In this document: in pieces, positions 38,400-48,038 of the stretch
How positions within the stretch are numbered: the first letter of the stretch is position 1
Layout of the letters: the number at the start of each line of letters is the position of its first letter
From: an uncultured Acidobacteriota bacterium
GTDB lineage: Bacteria; Acidobacteriota; UBA6911; RPQK01; JAPXNP01
Length of the DNA: 64,000 nucleotides
NCBI GenBank assembly: GCA_963823995.1
Contig: CAWGNQ010000006.1
Span: 173,610-237,609, forward strand
Reading direction: 5' to 3'
Translations under genes and position numbers: made by a program
Notes under the pieces: generated by a model
The model's input: only the letters and a program-made list of their open reading frames with translations
Databases searched by the model: none
What the model was told of the DNA's origin: nothing

Positions 38400-40373
38400 C
38401 TAACGCACTTCGAGTCGAAACAGGCTCACACTGAGCGGAGGTACCACGAGCGGAACCGCATCGGTCAAATAGGACTGCTCCTGGATGTCGACCCCTCTCG
38501 ACTCACCGGGCCGGTTGCCCGCGAACCGATCCATTCCGGTGATGACCCAGCGCTGGCTCTTGCCGGTTGGCGTGGCTCCCAGGAAATCGACGGAAAAAGT
38601 CTGTTCTTCGGAGGCCGTGTTGACGATCCCGACGGTAATCGCCGTATGGTCATCCGTCCAGGCGGCAGAGACATCGACGGCATCCGATCCTCCGGTGACT
38701 GCGATCGGCACCGTACCGAAGTGGTGACGATAGAGCGCCAGAACGAGTCCGGTCGGCTCCATCTCTGCTGCGGTCCTGGTTGTCTTGATCGCGCCGATGA
38801 CGTTGACGGTCTGGGCATAATTTGCCATGTAGTAGATGTCGCTGTTGCGGAACAGCTCATGTAGACCTGCTGCTATCCCGAGTGCATCCTGCAGGAAATA
38901 GCGGACACCGAGCTCACCGAACTCGTTGGGCCCATACCAGTAGTTCCATTCGTCGAGAGCGATCCTGATGTTCTTCCCAGCCAGAGAATCAATCTCCTGG
39001 CGGTATTTGCGATGTGTCTCGGCGACACGTCGGATCCCCTCCGGTACCTGCCGCACGTGAGCCAGCAGGTCGTCTCGATCCTGCCAGTAGAGGTGCTCGC
39101 TGATCAGGTCCATGTGATCGGCACACGATTCAAGCATCCTGCGGCTCCATTCGCCGGCGGCTCCGACGCCGATCGGGGTAAACGAAGGATCGATGCGACG
39201 CATGGCATCGACGACCTGGTTGTGCTTCTCGAGGTACTTCTCGAGCGGCATGTGCCCCAGTTGCCAGTCACCGTACATCTCGTTGCCGATTGCCCAGAAT
39301 TTGGCCCCGAACGGCTCGGGATGTCCATTCTTGGCCCGAAGACTCCCCATCGGAGTGTCTGCCGCACCATTGACGTACTCGATCTCCCTGGCCGCTGTTT
39401 CGGCGTCTCCCAGTCCGGTATTGACGGCGATGTAGGGTTCGGTGTCGACCATTCGGCAGAAATCCATGAACTCGTGGATGCCCACGTCGTTCGACTCGAT
39501 GCCCTTCCAGGCAGGGTTCTTGCGAGGCGGTCGCTTGTCCCGGTCGCCGATGCCGTCTTTCCAGTCATAGCCGCTGACGAAGTTGCCGCCCGGCCATCGG
39601 TAGACGGGAGAATCGAGTTCCCTGATCAGCACCAGGGTGTCCTTGCGCCAGCCCAGGAGATTGTCCGCAGGCATCAGAGACACCGTGCCCACCAGGAAAC
39701 TCCCGGAGCCCTTGCTGACGACCTCGATGTGCCCGTTGTCGGTGGCCAGCTGCGCCCGGTACTTCAGCGGGTAGGTTCGATAGTCCCGCGAGAGCTCCTT
39801 GACCTGGATGGTCTGCCGATCACTGGCACCGGGGCCCCAGACCAGACTGACCTCGATCGGTGCTGCGGTCGGATCGCCCGCCACTACGACGCGGCCCACA
39901 TAGTCCCGGTCCTTCTCCAGCCCCAGACGCTCCTGGAAGATGCCTGCGCGAGTGCCGTCGCCCGGTGCCGTGATCTTCGGCGTCTGGTCACCGACGTAGC
40001 TGTCGTCCTTGACCATGGAGACGGCGTCATGGCTTCCGATGATCATCCAGGGGGATCGTTCCAGCAACTCGTACGGATGGCCCTCCCCGTCAAACGACCG
40101 CATACCGGGCGTAAACAGTTCCCAGGCGGGCGCCTCCCCGGTGACAGGGTAGTAGAATTTCCGATCCTCCAGCATCTCAGCCCAGAGACCGCCGTAGATA
40201 CAGCGGCCCAGGTGCTCGATGAACTGACCGTAGATGTAAGGTGAGATCGGCTCGGCCGTCCGGGTCGTGTCGATGTGGAGTACCTGTTGGGCCGCCGCCA
40301 TGATCGGAAGGGTCGTCACGAGGAGGACCAGGATCACTGTGCCGACGAAGACTCGAATGTTGACACTCTTCAT
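38400..40373 (-). CDS. Secreted alpha-L-arabinofuranosidase, GH51
   Basis: GH51 signature RWPGGNFVSGYDWKDGIG, catalytic WAIGNEMYG region and C-terminal beta-sandwich. Signal peptide from MKSVNIRVFVGTVILVLLV. The start could also be the ATG at 40388. Confidence 0.85.
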   Translation of the reverse strand: MKSVNIRVFVGTVILVLLVTTLPIMAAAQQVLHIDTTRTAEPISPYIYGQFIEHLGRCIYGGLWAEMLEDRKFYYPVTGEAPAWELFTPGMRSFDGEGHPYELLERSPWMIIGSHDAVSMVKDDSYVGDQTPKITAPGDGTRAGIFQERLGLEKDRDYVGRVVVAGDPTAAPIEVSLVWGPGASDRQTIQVKELSRDYRTYPLKYRAQLATDNGHIEVVSKGSGSFLVGTVSLMPADNLLGWRKDTLVLIRELDSPVYRWPGGNFVSGYDWKDGIGDRDKRPPRKNPAWKGIESNDVGIHEFMDFCRMVDTEPYIAVNTGLGDAETAAREIEYVNGAADTPMGSLRAKNGHPEPFGAKFWAIGNEMYGDWQLGHMPLEKYLEKHNQVVDAMRRIDPSFTPIGVGAAGEWSRRMLESCADHMDLISEHLYWQDRDDLLAHVRQVPEGIRRVAETHRKYRQEIDSLAGKNIRIALDEWNYWYGPNEFGELGVRYFLQDALGIAAGLHELFRNSDIYYMANYAQTVNVIGAIKTTRTAAEMEPTGLVLALYRHHFGTVPIAVTGGSDAVDVSAAWTDDHTAITVGIVNTASEEQTFSVDFLGATPTGKSQRWVITGMDRFAGNRPGESRGVDIQEQSYLTDAVPLVVPPLSVSLFRLEVR

Positions 40374-40578
40374 AGCTGTAAGTTCCATTGGCGGGAAATT
40401 CTAACCGACGGCGGAGGAGGAGTACAGAAGGTCCGAAGGGCGGAGACGTTTTCCGGTTTCGGGTCCATGGTTCGGGCGGTCACCGGGCGGACGCATGTTC
40501 GTCGGTGGAAGACCCGCGACCCATATCCATGACCGTGGAGCCGACCCCCGCCTTTCGCGATCCGTCACAGCCCATCGG

Positions 40579-41910
40579 CTACAGCACCACCCGGGCCGGA
40601 TCGTTGCCGGCCGCTTCCATCGTGCGGCGGACGTCCACCCGGCTGAGTAGCAGAAGGCCGACGACAAAGAAAGCGATGAGGCTCAGGATGGCGCTCCGTT
40701 GCGAGCCGGTCAGCTGGACGGCCACAGCAAAGACCAGCGGTCCCACCCAAGACGTGCCTCGATCGCTGATCTCGTAGAACGCGAAGTACTCGGCCTCGTG
40801 CTGGGCGGGGATCATCTGGGCGAACAGCGAGCGGCTGAGTGCCTGCGATCCACCGAGCACGATCGCGACCAGGAAGCCGAGGACAAAGAGCTGCAGTTCG
40901 CTCTGCAACAGCAGGTAGGCGAAGATGACGGCTCCGGACCAGATCACCAGGCTGAGCATGATCGAACGCCTCGCTCCCATCCAGCCGGCCAGTCGTCCGA
41001 ACAGGAGCGCACCGAGGAAAGCCACCGCCTGGATCATGAGGACCAGCAGGAGGAGGTGGCTCTGCTTGACACCGAGTTCTCCCGAGGCAAAGGATGTGGC
41101 GACGACGATCACCGTCTGGATCCCGTCGTTGTAGATGAGGTAGGCGACCAGATATTTGAGCGTACCCGTATAGTTCGAACGGAGTTCGCGAACCGTCTGA
41201 GCGATGCGCAAGAGACTGTGGCTGATCAACCCTCGGCCATGCGGGAGTTTTCGGCCCGACTGCCGCACACGAAGACGCCGTTGCGGAAAGAGCCAGGTGA
41301 ACAGCAGCCACCAGATCCCGGCACTGGCGAGGGAGAGGCGCACGGCCAGGGCCTTGTCCGCCATCAGCGCGATCAGTATGAAATTCAGTAACAGGAGCAG
41401 CCCACCTCCCAGGTATCCGACTGCAAATCCCTGAGAGCTCACCGCATCGCGTCGATCCGGAGAGGCGACTTCGGGGAGAAAGGCATTGTAGAAGACCAGA
41501 GACGCTCCGAAGCAGAGATTCGCGACGACCACGAGCAACCCTGCAATCAGGATCGCGCCGTTCGTCCCGACGACCAGCATGTCGCTCCGGATGAAAAAGA
41601 GGAGGCAGGTGCAAAGAGCCCCGGTGTAGGCAAAGGTCAGCAACATGCTTTTCTTGAGTCGCGTGTAGTCCGCAATCGTCCCGAGCACGGGAAGAAAGAA
41701 GACCTGCATCAGGACCGAAACGGAAACGGCCGCGGGGAAAACGGCTGCAGGCTGAATTCTCCAGCGACCGATTTCGAGCGGGCTCGGGCTCGCCTGAGCC
41801 AGGCTCAGGATGTAGGGGCCGAGAAGGGCCGTGATCACGGTCGTCACGAACGCCGAATTGGCCCAGTCGTACATGACCCAACCGAAAATCTCGTGACGAT
41901 CGTTGATCAT
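40579..41910 (-). CDS. MFS transporter (UMF1/Atg22-like family)
   Basis: 12 TM helices. Start taken at MINDRHEIFGWVMYDWANSAF, typical of UMF1-family N-termini. Confidence 0.7.
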   Translation of the reverse strand: MINDRHEIFGWVMYDWANSAFVTTVITALLGPYILSLAQASPSPLEIGRWRIQPAAVFPAAVSVSVLMQVFFLPVLGTIADYTRLKKSMLLTFAYTGALCTCLLFFIRSDMLVVGTNGAILIAGLLVVVANLCFGASLVFYNAFLPEVASPDRRDAVSSQGFAVGYLGGGLLLLLNFILIALMADKALAVRLSLASAGIWWLLFTWLFPQRRLRVRQSGRKLPHGRGLISHSLLRIAQTVRELRSNYTGTLKYLVAYLIYNDGIQTVIVVATSFASGELGVKQSHLLLLVLMIQAVAFLGALLFGRLAGWMGARRSIMLSLVIWSGAVIFAYLLLQSELQLFVLGFLVAIVLGGSQALSRSLFAQMIPAQHEAEYFAFYEISDRGTSWVGPLVFAVAVQLTGSQRSAILSLIAFFVVGLLLLSRVDVRRTMEAAGNDPARVVL

Positions 41911-41949
41911 TTCCCGCCCGAGACGAGATCCTTCAGTCCGTCCCATGGC

Positions 41950-43218
41950 TCAGCTTCGAAGGCTTCCCTGGCCGTAGACGACGAACTTCTTCGTCGTCAG
42001 TTCCTGGACGCCCATGGGACCGAACGCATGGAGCTTGTCGGTACTGATGCCGATCTCCGCCCCCAGGCCATAGACGCCGCCATCCGCGAGACGGGTGCTC
42101 GCGTTGACCATGACGCTCGACGAGTCCACGGCTCGGACGAATCGTCGGGCCACGTCGTAGGATCGGGTGACGATGGCATCCGTATGGTGTGAGCCGTAGG
42201 TCTCGATATGGGCGACCGCCTCGTCGAAGCCGGCTACGACTCGGATGTTGCAGGCCGCGGCCAGATACTCTGTGCGAAAATCGTCCTCGCCGGCCCGCTC
42301 GGCGTCAGGGATGAGCCGTAGCGTTTTTTCGCATCCATGGATCGTCACGCCCCGGCTCGAGAATTCCGCTGCGATCGAGGGCAGGAACTCATCGGCGACG
42401 GCACGGTCTACCAGCAGGGTCTCCATGGCATTGCAGGTGGCAGGCCGCTGTAATTTCGCGTTGGTCACGATCTCTCGTGCCATCTCGAGGTCCGCATCCT
42501 CATGGACGTAGATGTGACAGATCCCCTCGTAGTGCTTGATTACCGGGATCGTCGATTCCTGGACGACCCGGCGGATCAGACTCTTACCTCCTCGCGGGAT
42601 GATGAGGTCCACCAGATCGTTCTGTTTGAGGAGAGCCCCGACGGCAGCCCGGTCGGAGGTCTCGACGATCTGCAGGACGTCCGGTTCGATATCAGTGGAC
42701 TCGAGGGCCTTCCGCAGCACGGCGGCCAGCACGCTGTTAGTCCGGATCGCCTCGGAGCCTCCCCGCAGAATCGTGGCGTTTCCCGCTTTGAAACAAAGTC
42801 CGCCTGCATCGGTCGTAACATTCGGGCGGGATTCATAGATGATCCCGATCACTCCGAGCGGGATGCGCACCTGACCGACTTCGAGACCGCCGGGTCGTCG
42901 CCACTGGGCGACGATCTCACCGACCGGATCTCTCAGAGCGGCGATGTCCTCCAGCCCGTCCGCCATCCCTTCGATGCGGTCCCTTGTGAGTTGGAGTCGG
43001 TCGAGCAATGGTGCCGCCAGGCCCAGCCGTCGAGCCTTCTCCAGGTCCCCCTGATTGGCTTCGATGATCCGTGGGGCCTCGCTGCGGATGCCGGCGGCCA
43101 TTCTCCTCAGTGCCGCTTCCTTCGATTCCGGGCTGGTTCGGGCCAATCCCCGTCCGGCGGTCCTGGCTTTTCGACACAGGTCCCGGATGTACTCCGCGAC
43201 AGACTGGTTACCGATCAT
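41950..43218 (-). CDS. proA: Gamma-glutamyl phosphate reductase
   Basis: Collinear with E. coli ProA (IPLGVIGIIYESRPNVT..., ILRGGSEA, catalytic Cys in ATCNAMETLLV). 11-nt overlap with proB. Confidence 0.9.
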   Translation of the reverse strand: MIGNQSVAEYIRDLCRKARTAGRGLARTSPESKEAALRRMAAGIRSEAPRIIEANQGDLEKARRLGLAAPLLDRLQLTRDRIEGMADGLEDIAALRDPVGEIVAQWRRPGGLEVGQVRIPLGVIGIIYESRPNVTTDAGGLCFKAGNATILRGGSEAIRTNSVLAAVLRKALESTDIEPDVLQIVETSDRAAVGALLKQNDLVDLIIPRGGKSLIRRVVQESTIPVIKHYEGICHIYVHEDADLEMAREIVTNAKLQRPATCNAMETLLVDRAVADEFLPSIAAEFSSRGVTIHGCEKTLRLIPDAERAGEDDFRTEYLAAACNIRVVAGFDEAVAHIETYGSHHTDAIVTRSYDVARRFVRAVDSSSVMVNASTRLADGGVYGLGAEIGISTDKLHAFGPMGVQELTTKKFVVYGQGSLRS

Positions 43219-44371
43219 CGAAGACTCCTTCGTCCCTCACTACGACCATGTCGTCACGATGGACGACTTCAAAGCTCGGCCGATCTCCCAGCAGCTGCAG
43301 GACGTCCGAGGTCCTGCAGCCCCGGATCCTCTCCAGTTCCTCGGCCGAGTAACGGCTGAGACCAATCGCGATCTCGTTGGCTGAGGCGTCGAGTATGCGG
43401 ACCAGCTCTCCCGGTTCGAAACAACCTTCGATTTTCGACACCCCCGACGGAAGCAGACTCTTGCCGCCCATGCGCAGAGCCTGCTCAGCCCCCTGGTCGA
43501 CGAAGACGCGACCCTCGCCGATCCGCTTTCCGAGTGCGAGCCAGCGCTTGCGTGCCGAGATTCGGCGCCTCTGCGGGATGCACCAGGTTCCCAGGTCGTC
43601 TCCACGAAGAACCCGGTGAAGGATGTCATCGGTGCGCCCTGGACCGACGAAGGTCAGAATCCCGGCCCGAGTGGCCATTCTAGCCGCCTCGAGTTTGCTC
43701 TTCATTCCCCCCAACCCGAACGACCCCGCTCCGCCCGGACCGAGATCGAGCCGGGATTGCTGCCCGGGTGTGAGATAGGGGATTCGAACGGCGCCGGGCT
43801 CGGACGGTTGCCGGTCGAAGATCCCCTGGACGTCGGTGAGGATTACCAGGAGATCGGCGCCGATCTTGCCCGCAATGAGGGCCGAGAGCTGATCGTTGTC
43901 GCCGAATTTCAGCTCTTCGACGGCGGTCGTGTCATTCTCATTGACGATGGGGAGGATCTTCCAGTTCAGCAGTGTCTCGAACGTATTCCGTGCGTTCAGA
44001 TAGCGACTCCGATGATCCAGGCTGTCTCGGGTCAGCAGCACTTGGGCAACCTGGATCCCCATCGACTCGAAGATCGCCTTGTAGCTGTGCATCAGGCGCG
44101 ACTGGCCGATGGCGGCCAGGGCCTGGCGGAGGTGGGTTTCAGTCGGCGGCGCATCGAAGCCCAGGACGTGGCAGCCGGCTCCCACCGCGCCGGAGGAAAC
44201 GAGGATGATATCCCTGTGCTCGCGTTGGATCTCGACGATCTGGCGAGCCAGAGATCGCATGAAAGGATGGTTCATCCCTTCATCGGAGCCTCGCACGAGA
44301 TTGGTTCCCACCTTGACGACCATGCGGCGTGTGACCTGAAGGCACCGCTGCACCCATTCCCTGCTTTCCAC
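43208..44371 (-). CDS. proB: Glutamate 5-kinase with C-terminal PUA domain
   Basis: VVKVGTNLV N-terminal motif, amino-acid-kinase fold, PUA domain at the C-terminus. GTG start with a GGAGGA SD. Confidence 0.9.
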   Translation of the reverse strand: MESREWVQRCLQVTRRMVVKVGTNLVRGSDEGMNHPFMRSLARQIVEIQREHRDIILVSSGAVGAGCHVLGFDAPPTETHLRQALAAIGQSRLMHSYKAIFESMGIQVAQVLLTRDSLDHRSRYLNARNTFETLLNWKILPIVNENDTTAVEELKFGDNDQLSALIAGKIGADLLVILTDVQGIFDRQPSEPGAVRIPYLTPGQQSRLDLGPGGAGSFGLGGMKSKLEAARMATRAGILTFVGPGRTDDILHRVLRGDDLGTWCIPQRRRISARKRWLALGKRIGEGRVFVDQGAEQALRMGGKSLLPSGVSKIEGCFEPGELVRILDASANEIAIGLSRYSAEELERIRGCRTSDVLQLLGDRPSFEVVHRDDMVVVRDEGVFDDR

Positions 44372-44483
44372 GAAAGCCCGATCCTCCGGATGAAACCGAT
44401 GGCGCCTGCCGCCTTCGGTGAGTATTGAAGTATAGCGGAACCCGAAGCCCGGAAACCTCGGAACCGGTCGTACCTTTCGGTGA

Positions 44484-45350
44484 TTACCGTCCAGCTTTCA
44501 GTTTCGGCGGGGGCGGAAGCGCCTCGAGACGCTTTTGGATGTTCTTGAAACCGCCGACCGGTCGGGTTGTGCGAACGCCGCCCATGAGCCTGACCTCTTT
44601 CTCGACGCGGGCGACCCGCTCGACCGGGGCCGGATGATCGCTGAAGAATCGTTCCAAGCGGTTGGGATCATTGCCTGCCTCTTCCCGAAGCTTCTCGAAG
44701 AACTCGGCCATCGCCCGGGGATCGTAGCCGGCCCGGGCCATGATCTGGGCGCCCACGACATCGGCCTGTTCCTCCGCCGTCCGGCTGAACTTCAGAAAGA
44801 CGGCGTTCATCCCGAAACCTCCGATGGCCTGGATCATGTTGGTTGTCCCGCCTTTACCGAGCAGTCCTCCCAGCAGCCCCAGACCGGCCTGGGCGAGATA
44901 GGCCTTGGAGGCCTGGTTCGTACCGTGTCGGAGAGCGACATGGGCCATCTCGTGGGCCATGACTCCGGCCAGTTCGGCCTCGTTGTCGGCGGCTTCGATC
45001 AGGCCTCGATTCAGGAACATGAAGCCTCCGGGCAAGGCGAATGCGTTGACCTCTGCGGTGTTGACGACATGGAATTCATAGGGGAACTCAGGGCCCGGTG
45101 CCACGGCCGCAAGCCTCTTGCCGACTTTCCGGACGTAGTTGTCGACGGACCGGATCTGCAGGATCGGCATCTGCTTCTCGACTTCTGCGGCCGACTGACG
45201 CCCGATCTCGACGTCCTGTTGAGGCGAGAAGAGGTTGAATCCCGGCTCGACCCGGGTCTGAGCCTGGAGCGAGACTCCCCCGCAGACCAGAATCCAGAAC
45301 ATACCGACGCTACTCAACCGGCGAGGCCATTTGAGCGAGGGTGAATTCAT
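44484..45350 (-). CDS. M48-family Zn metalloprotease (HtpX/Ste24-like), secreted/periplasmic
   Basis: HEMAH zinc motif plus a downstream E ligand region. Signal peptide. AGGAGG SD 7 nt upstream of ATG at 45350. Confidence 0.8.
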   Translation of the reverse strand: MNSPSLKWPRRLSSVGMFWILVCGGVSLQAQTRVEPGFNLFSPQQDVEIGRQSAAEVEKQMPILQIRSVDNYVRKVGKRLAAVAPGPEFPYEFHVVNTAEVNAFALPGGFMFLNRGLIEAADNEAELAGVMAHEMAHVALRHGTNQASKAYLAQAGLGLLGGLLGKGGTTNMIQAIGGFGMNAVFLKFSRTAEEQADVVGAQIMARAGYDPRAMAEFFEKLREEAGNDPNRLERFFSDHPAPVERVARVEKEVRLMGGVRTTRPVGGFKNIQKRLEALPPPPKLKAGR

Positions 45351-45473
45351 GGTCGTCCTCCTGTTCTTTCGCATGGAAGGTTGCCAACATCATACGCTGA
45401 ACGAACACACCCGGAAGCCCCCGGGGCGCCGGCCTGATCACTTGCAGTCTGTTCCGACCTGAGTCGAGATGTC

Positions 45474-46478
45474 CTATTGGCCGTTCAGATGGGGTTTCCG
45501 GCCATTGAGCCGTGACCGGACGGCTTTGACGCCACGCCCCACCCTGTCCGAGGCCCGAAAAATGTGGCCGACTTTGAAGCTGCCGAATAAGGAGGTATCG
45601 GCGACAGCTTTGAGACCGACTGCCGCCAGGCAACCACAGTTCTCACAGTCCGGCGTTCCGCCCAATTGGCAGGGTTCGACGCGACTCTCGAGATCCGGGG
45701 AAAGGCAGTCGGTGACGCGGGCGAAGATGCACTGTTGCGGATTTTCCGGTGGATGGAGGTAAGCTTCAACCATGGCGGGCGTCAAGCGAAGTTTGGGATA
45801 GAGCGTATGGAGCCGCTCCAGTTCTCGAATGGTCGCCACCCGCATCTCGGGCGGCAGGATGTCTTCGCTCTCCTCGCCGATCTGGGGAGTGAAGAGACTG
45901 ACGCGAATTGCCTGTGTTTCCGGCCGTTCGTTCCAGAACTCCATGAAGCGTTCGAGGCGGCCTTCACCCTCCATCAACCGGCGCGTCACCGTGCAGTGGA
46001 CCGCGATCTCGTGTCCCGCGATGTGCTTGAGAATGCGGTCGTAGGTCGCGGGCTTTCGCCGCGCATCGTGTTCCTCGCGTGGACCGTCGATCGAAACGAC
46101 AATGGTGAGATTCGGGATCTCCGTCCAAGAGGGAGGAATGGGTCGAACGGCGCTCGTGACGATTTCTACGGAAATACCTCGGCCGCAGATCTGCGGGAGA
46201 AGTTCGTTCAGTTCCCGATAGCGGACCAGCGGTTCTCCACCAACGATGAACAGTCCCAAGGGGCGCCTGCGGTCAACGAGATCGACGACGGCTCGAACAA
46301 GCTTGTCGCCGACGAGTTCGGACATATCTTCGATGGACGCTCCATTCACATGGCCGGGGGCATAGGCGTAGCAGCCCGGGCAGGACAAAGGGCAACGGTT
46401 CGTGATTTCAATGGCCAGAACAGGGCTGTAGCCGAGTAGGATTCGACCCCAAGCCTGAAAGATGTCGGATCTTAGCAT
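45474..46478 (-). CDS. Radical SAM protein, HpnH-like (DUF3463-type C-terminal Cys cluster)
   Basis: CPLSCPGC (CxxxCxxC) 28 aa from the start. Blocks similar to adenosylhopane synthase HpnH (FIVGGEPLVRYRELNEL; VSIDGPREEHDARR..YDRI; C-terminal C..DCENCGC). The start is uncertain; the in-frame extension to 46691 is rejected. Confidence 0.65.
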   Translation of the reverse strand: MLRSDIFQAWGRILLGYSPVLAIEITNRCPLSCPGCYAYAPGHVNGASIEDMSELVGDKLVRAVVDLVDRRRPLGLFIVGGEPLVRYRELNELLPQICGRGISVEIVTSAVRPIPPSWTEIPNLTIVVSIDGPREEHDARRKPATYDRILKHIAGHEIAVHCTVTRRLMEGEGRLERFMEFWNERPETQAIRVSLFTPQIGEESEDILPPEMRVATIRELERLHTLYPKLRLTPAMVEAYLHPPENPQQCIFARVTDCLSPDLESRVEPCQLGGTPDCENCGCLAAVGLKAVADTSLFGSFKVGHIFRASDRVGRGVKAVRSRLNGRKPHLNGQ

Positions 46479-47117
46479 GCATGCATCCTGGCAAGCGAAG
46501 CAAAGAATCGCGCGCTCGTGTTCTCGTGCGGCGATTCTCAACCAGCTTGCGGCTGTTGCTTCTTCTTCAAATTCCTGTGCACCGTCCCGAATCGCACCGA
46601 CTATGCATCGACTGCGAGGAGACGTTACGATGGGAGCAGTCTGACGCTTTCCCCCCGGCTCCGCGAAGAGCATGGGCGGTATGTGATGCACGAGGAATTC
46701 CAGATTTGCCGTTACGATAGATATCGATCCGGAGTCTCCGCAATTGACTTCAGTATCTTCCGTTGCGTCCGCGAGTTCAAGGTGTCCAGCCGGCGGCGAT
46801 GAAACCCCAGAAGATGGAACGATTCGTGCTTGCTGTGGGGTGAAGGGAGGCGTCGGGAGAGAGATGCTCCATCCAGGTTTGATCTTCCTGTTACTGCTCG
46901 TGATCTTCTACGGCCTTCTGGGGGGAGCTTTGCTGGCGGATGTTCTGAGGCAGGCATTCAGGGTGAGGAGGAACACGCAATCACGGGGTGAGCGATGGAT
47001 GGAATTTGCGAGGAGGGGATGAGGAACCGGAGCCCCTGCATTTGGAGCCCGGTTCCCGAGGGATCCCGACTTGGCTGGGAACCTCTCCATAGAGATCCCT
47101 TACGCGAGATGGTCGTG

Positions 47118-47804
47118 TCAGAAAATGTCATCCAACTCTTCGGCGAACGGACGCGTCGAGCGGTTCGGAGCGACCTTCCCGTCCAACAAGATGTCCCTTC
47201 CGGTGAAGTTGCCGTTGTAGGCCTCCTGGTTGGCGCTGTTGTCGATGCTCAAGACGGCTCCATTGAGGGCAACGCCGGCAAAGATTCCCTTACTCCTCGA
47301 GTAGGAGTAGATCGCCGAATTCAGGGTCACGTCGGTACTGGCGTTTGCCGTCCGTCCTACGGGACCGGCTGCGACGGAGGCGTCGGCTCCAAGCGTCAGT
47401 TTGCCGGACAACAGAGGCTTCAGGCCTTCGCTGTTGGTGAAAACGAGGACATAGTCAGTAGCCGAAGCGCCGATCTGAAATCCGAAACTTCCGCCACCCA
47501 GGCTGATGTAGGCGGGTGCACTCCAGCCGGAGGCGGTCCGCTGCGCGATCAAGCCCTTACCATAGCTCCCGCCGACGACGAAGGCGCCCTTCAGCACATG
47601 CGGAATGACGGCAATGGCGGTTGCCTTATCCAGCAGGGCTTTCGGAATTCCATTGTCCGGGGCGTTCAGAATGTCGGTCAGCACGGCTGCCGCCTGTTCG
47701 GACCGGTCGCGCAATTTCGTTTCGCCTTGATCGGATGCTGTGCCGGCAACAGCGCTGGTACTGATCATGCTGAGCACAAGGATTATCATTGAAATGAGTC
47801 TCAT
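47118..47804 (-). CDS. Secreted Ysc84/SYLF (DUF500) lipid-binding domain protein
   Basis: AAGGAG SD, signal peptide MRLISMIILVLSMISTSAVAG, and a Gly-rich beta-repeat region (GGSYGKG...GGGSFGFQIGA) typical of the SYLF domain. Confidence 0.65.
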   Translation of the reverse strand: MRLISMIILVLSMISTSAVAGTASDQGETKLRDRSEQAAAVLTDILNAPDNGIPKALLDKATAIAVIPHVLKGAFVVGGSYGKGLIAQRTASGWSAPAYISLGGGSFGFQIGASATDYVLVFTNSEGLKPLLSGKLTLGADASVAAGPVGRTANASTDVTLNSAIYSYSRSKGIFAGVALNGAVLSIDNSANQEAYNGNFTGRDILLDGKVAPNRSTRPFAEELDDIF

Positions 47805-48038
47805 GTTTATTTCTCCTTTCACAATCGTCCGGAGCACCCCGCGAAATGCGATGCTGAGAGGGTGGGCGAGCTTGGCAGGGCGCCAGACAGATTCTTTCTC
47901 TTTCCATGACACCAAGATGCAAGTGTCGTTCCAGACTTACGAATCGAAGGTAGCGGGGGAGCTAGCCTCCAATCCCCCGGACTCAGACGATTTTGCGGTG
48001 GTGCGGCCGGTTCAGGAAAAATTTCCCGGGTTCACGTC

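Noticed and set aside
46478-46691. In-frame N-terminal extensions suggested by the ORF track (rSAM to 46691, beta-helix protein from 20993, aconitase to 52931, nucleotidyltransferase to 60210, lipoprotein to 57834, GH5 from 27587, DUF1080 protein from 59996)
   Set aside because: In every case an internal start codon with a good SD and/or a signal peptide or conserved N-terminal motif marks the true start. The extensions are low-complexity and overlap neighbouring genes or promoters.
45474-47022. RiPP-style locus (radical SAM with extra Cys cluster, M48 protease, small hydrophobic ORF at 46864-47022)
   Set aside because: The radical SAM protein's conserved blocks align with HpnH (adenosylhopane synthase, DUF3463) rather than SPASM/twitch peptide maturases. 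The small ORF has only moderate GC3 and no Cys/Ser/Thr-rich core. I kept it only as a low-priority note.
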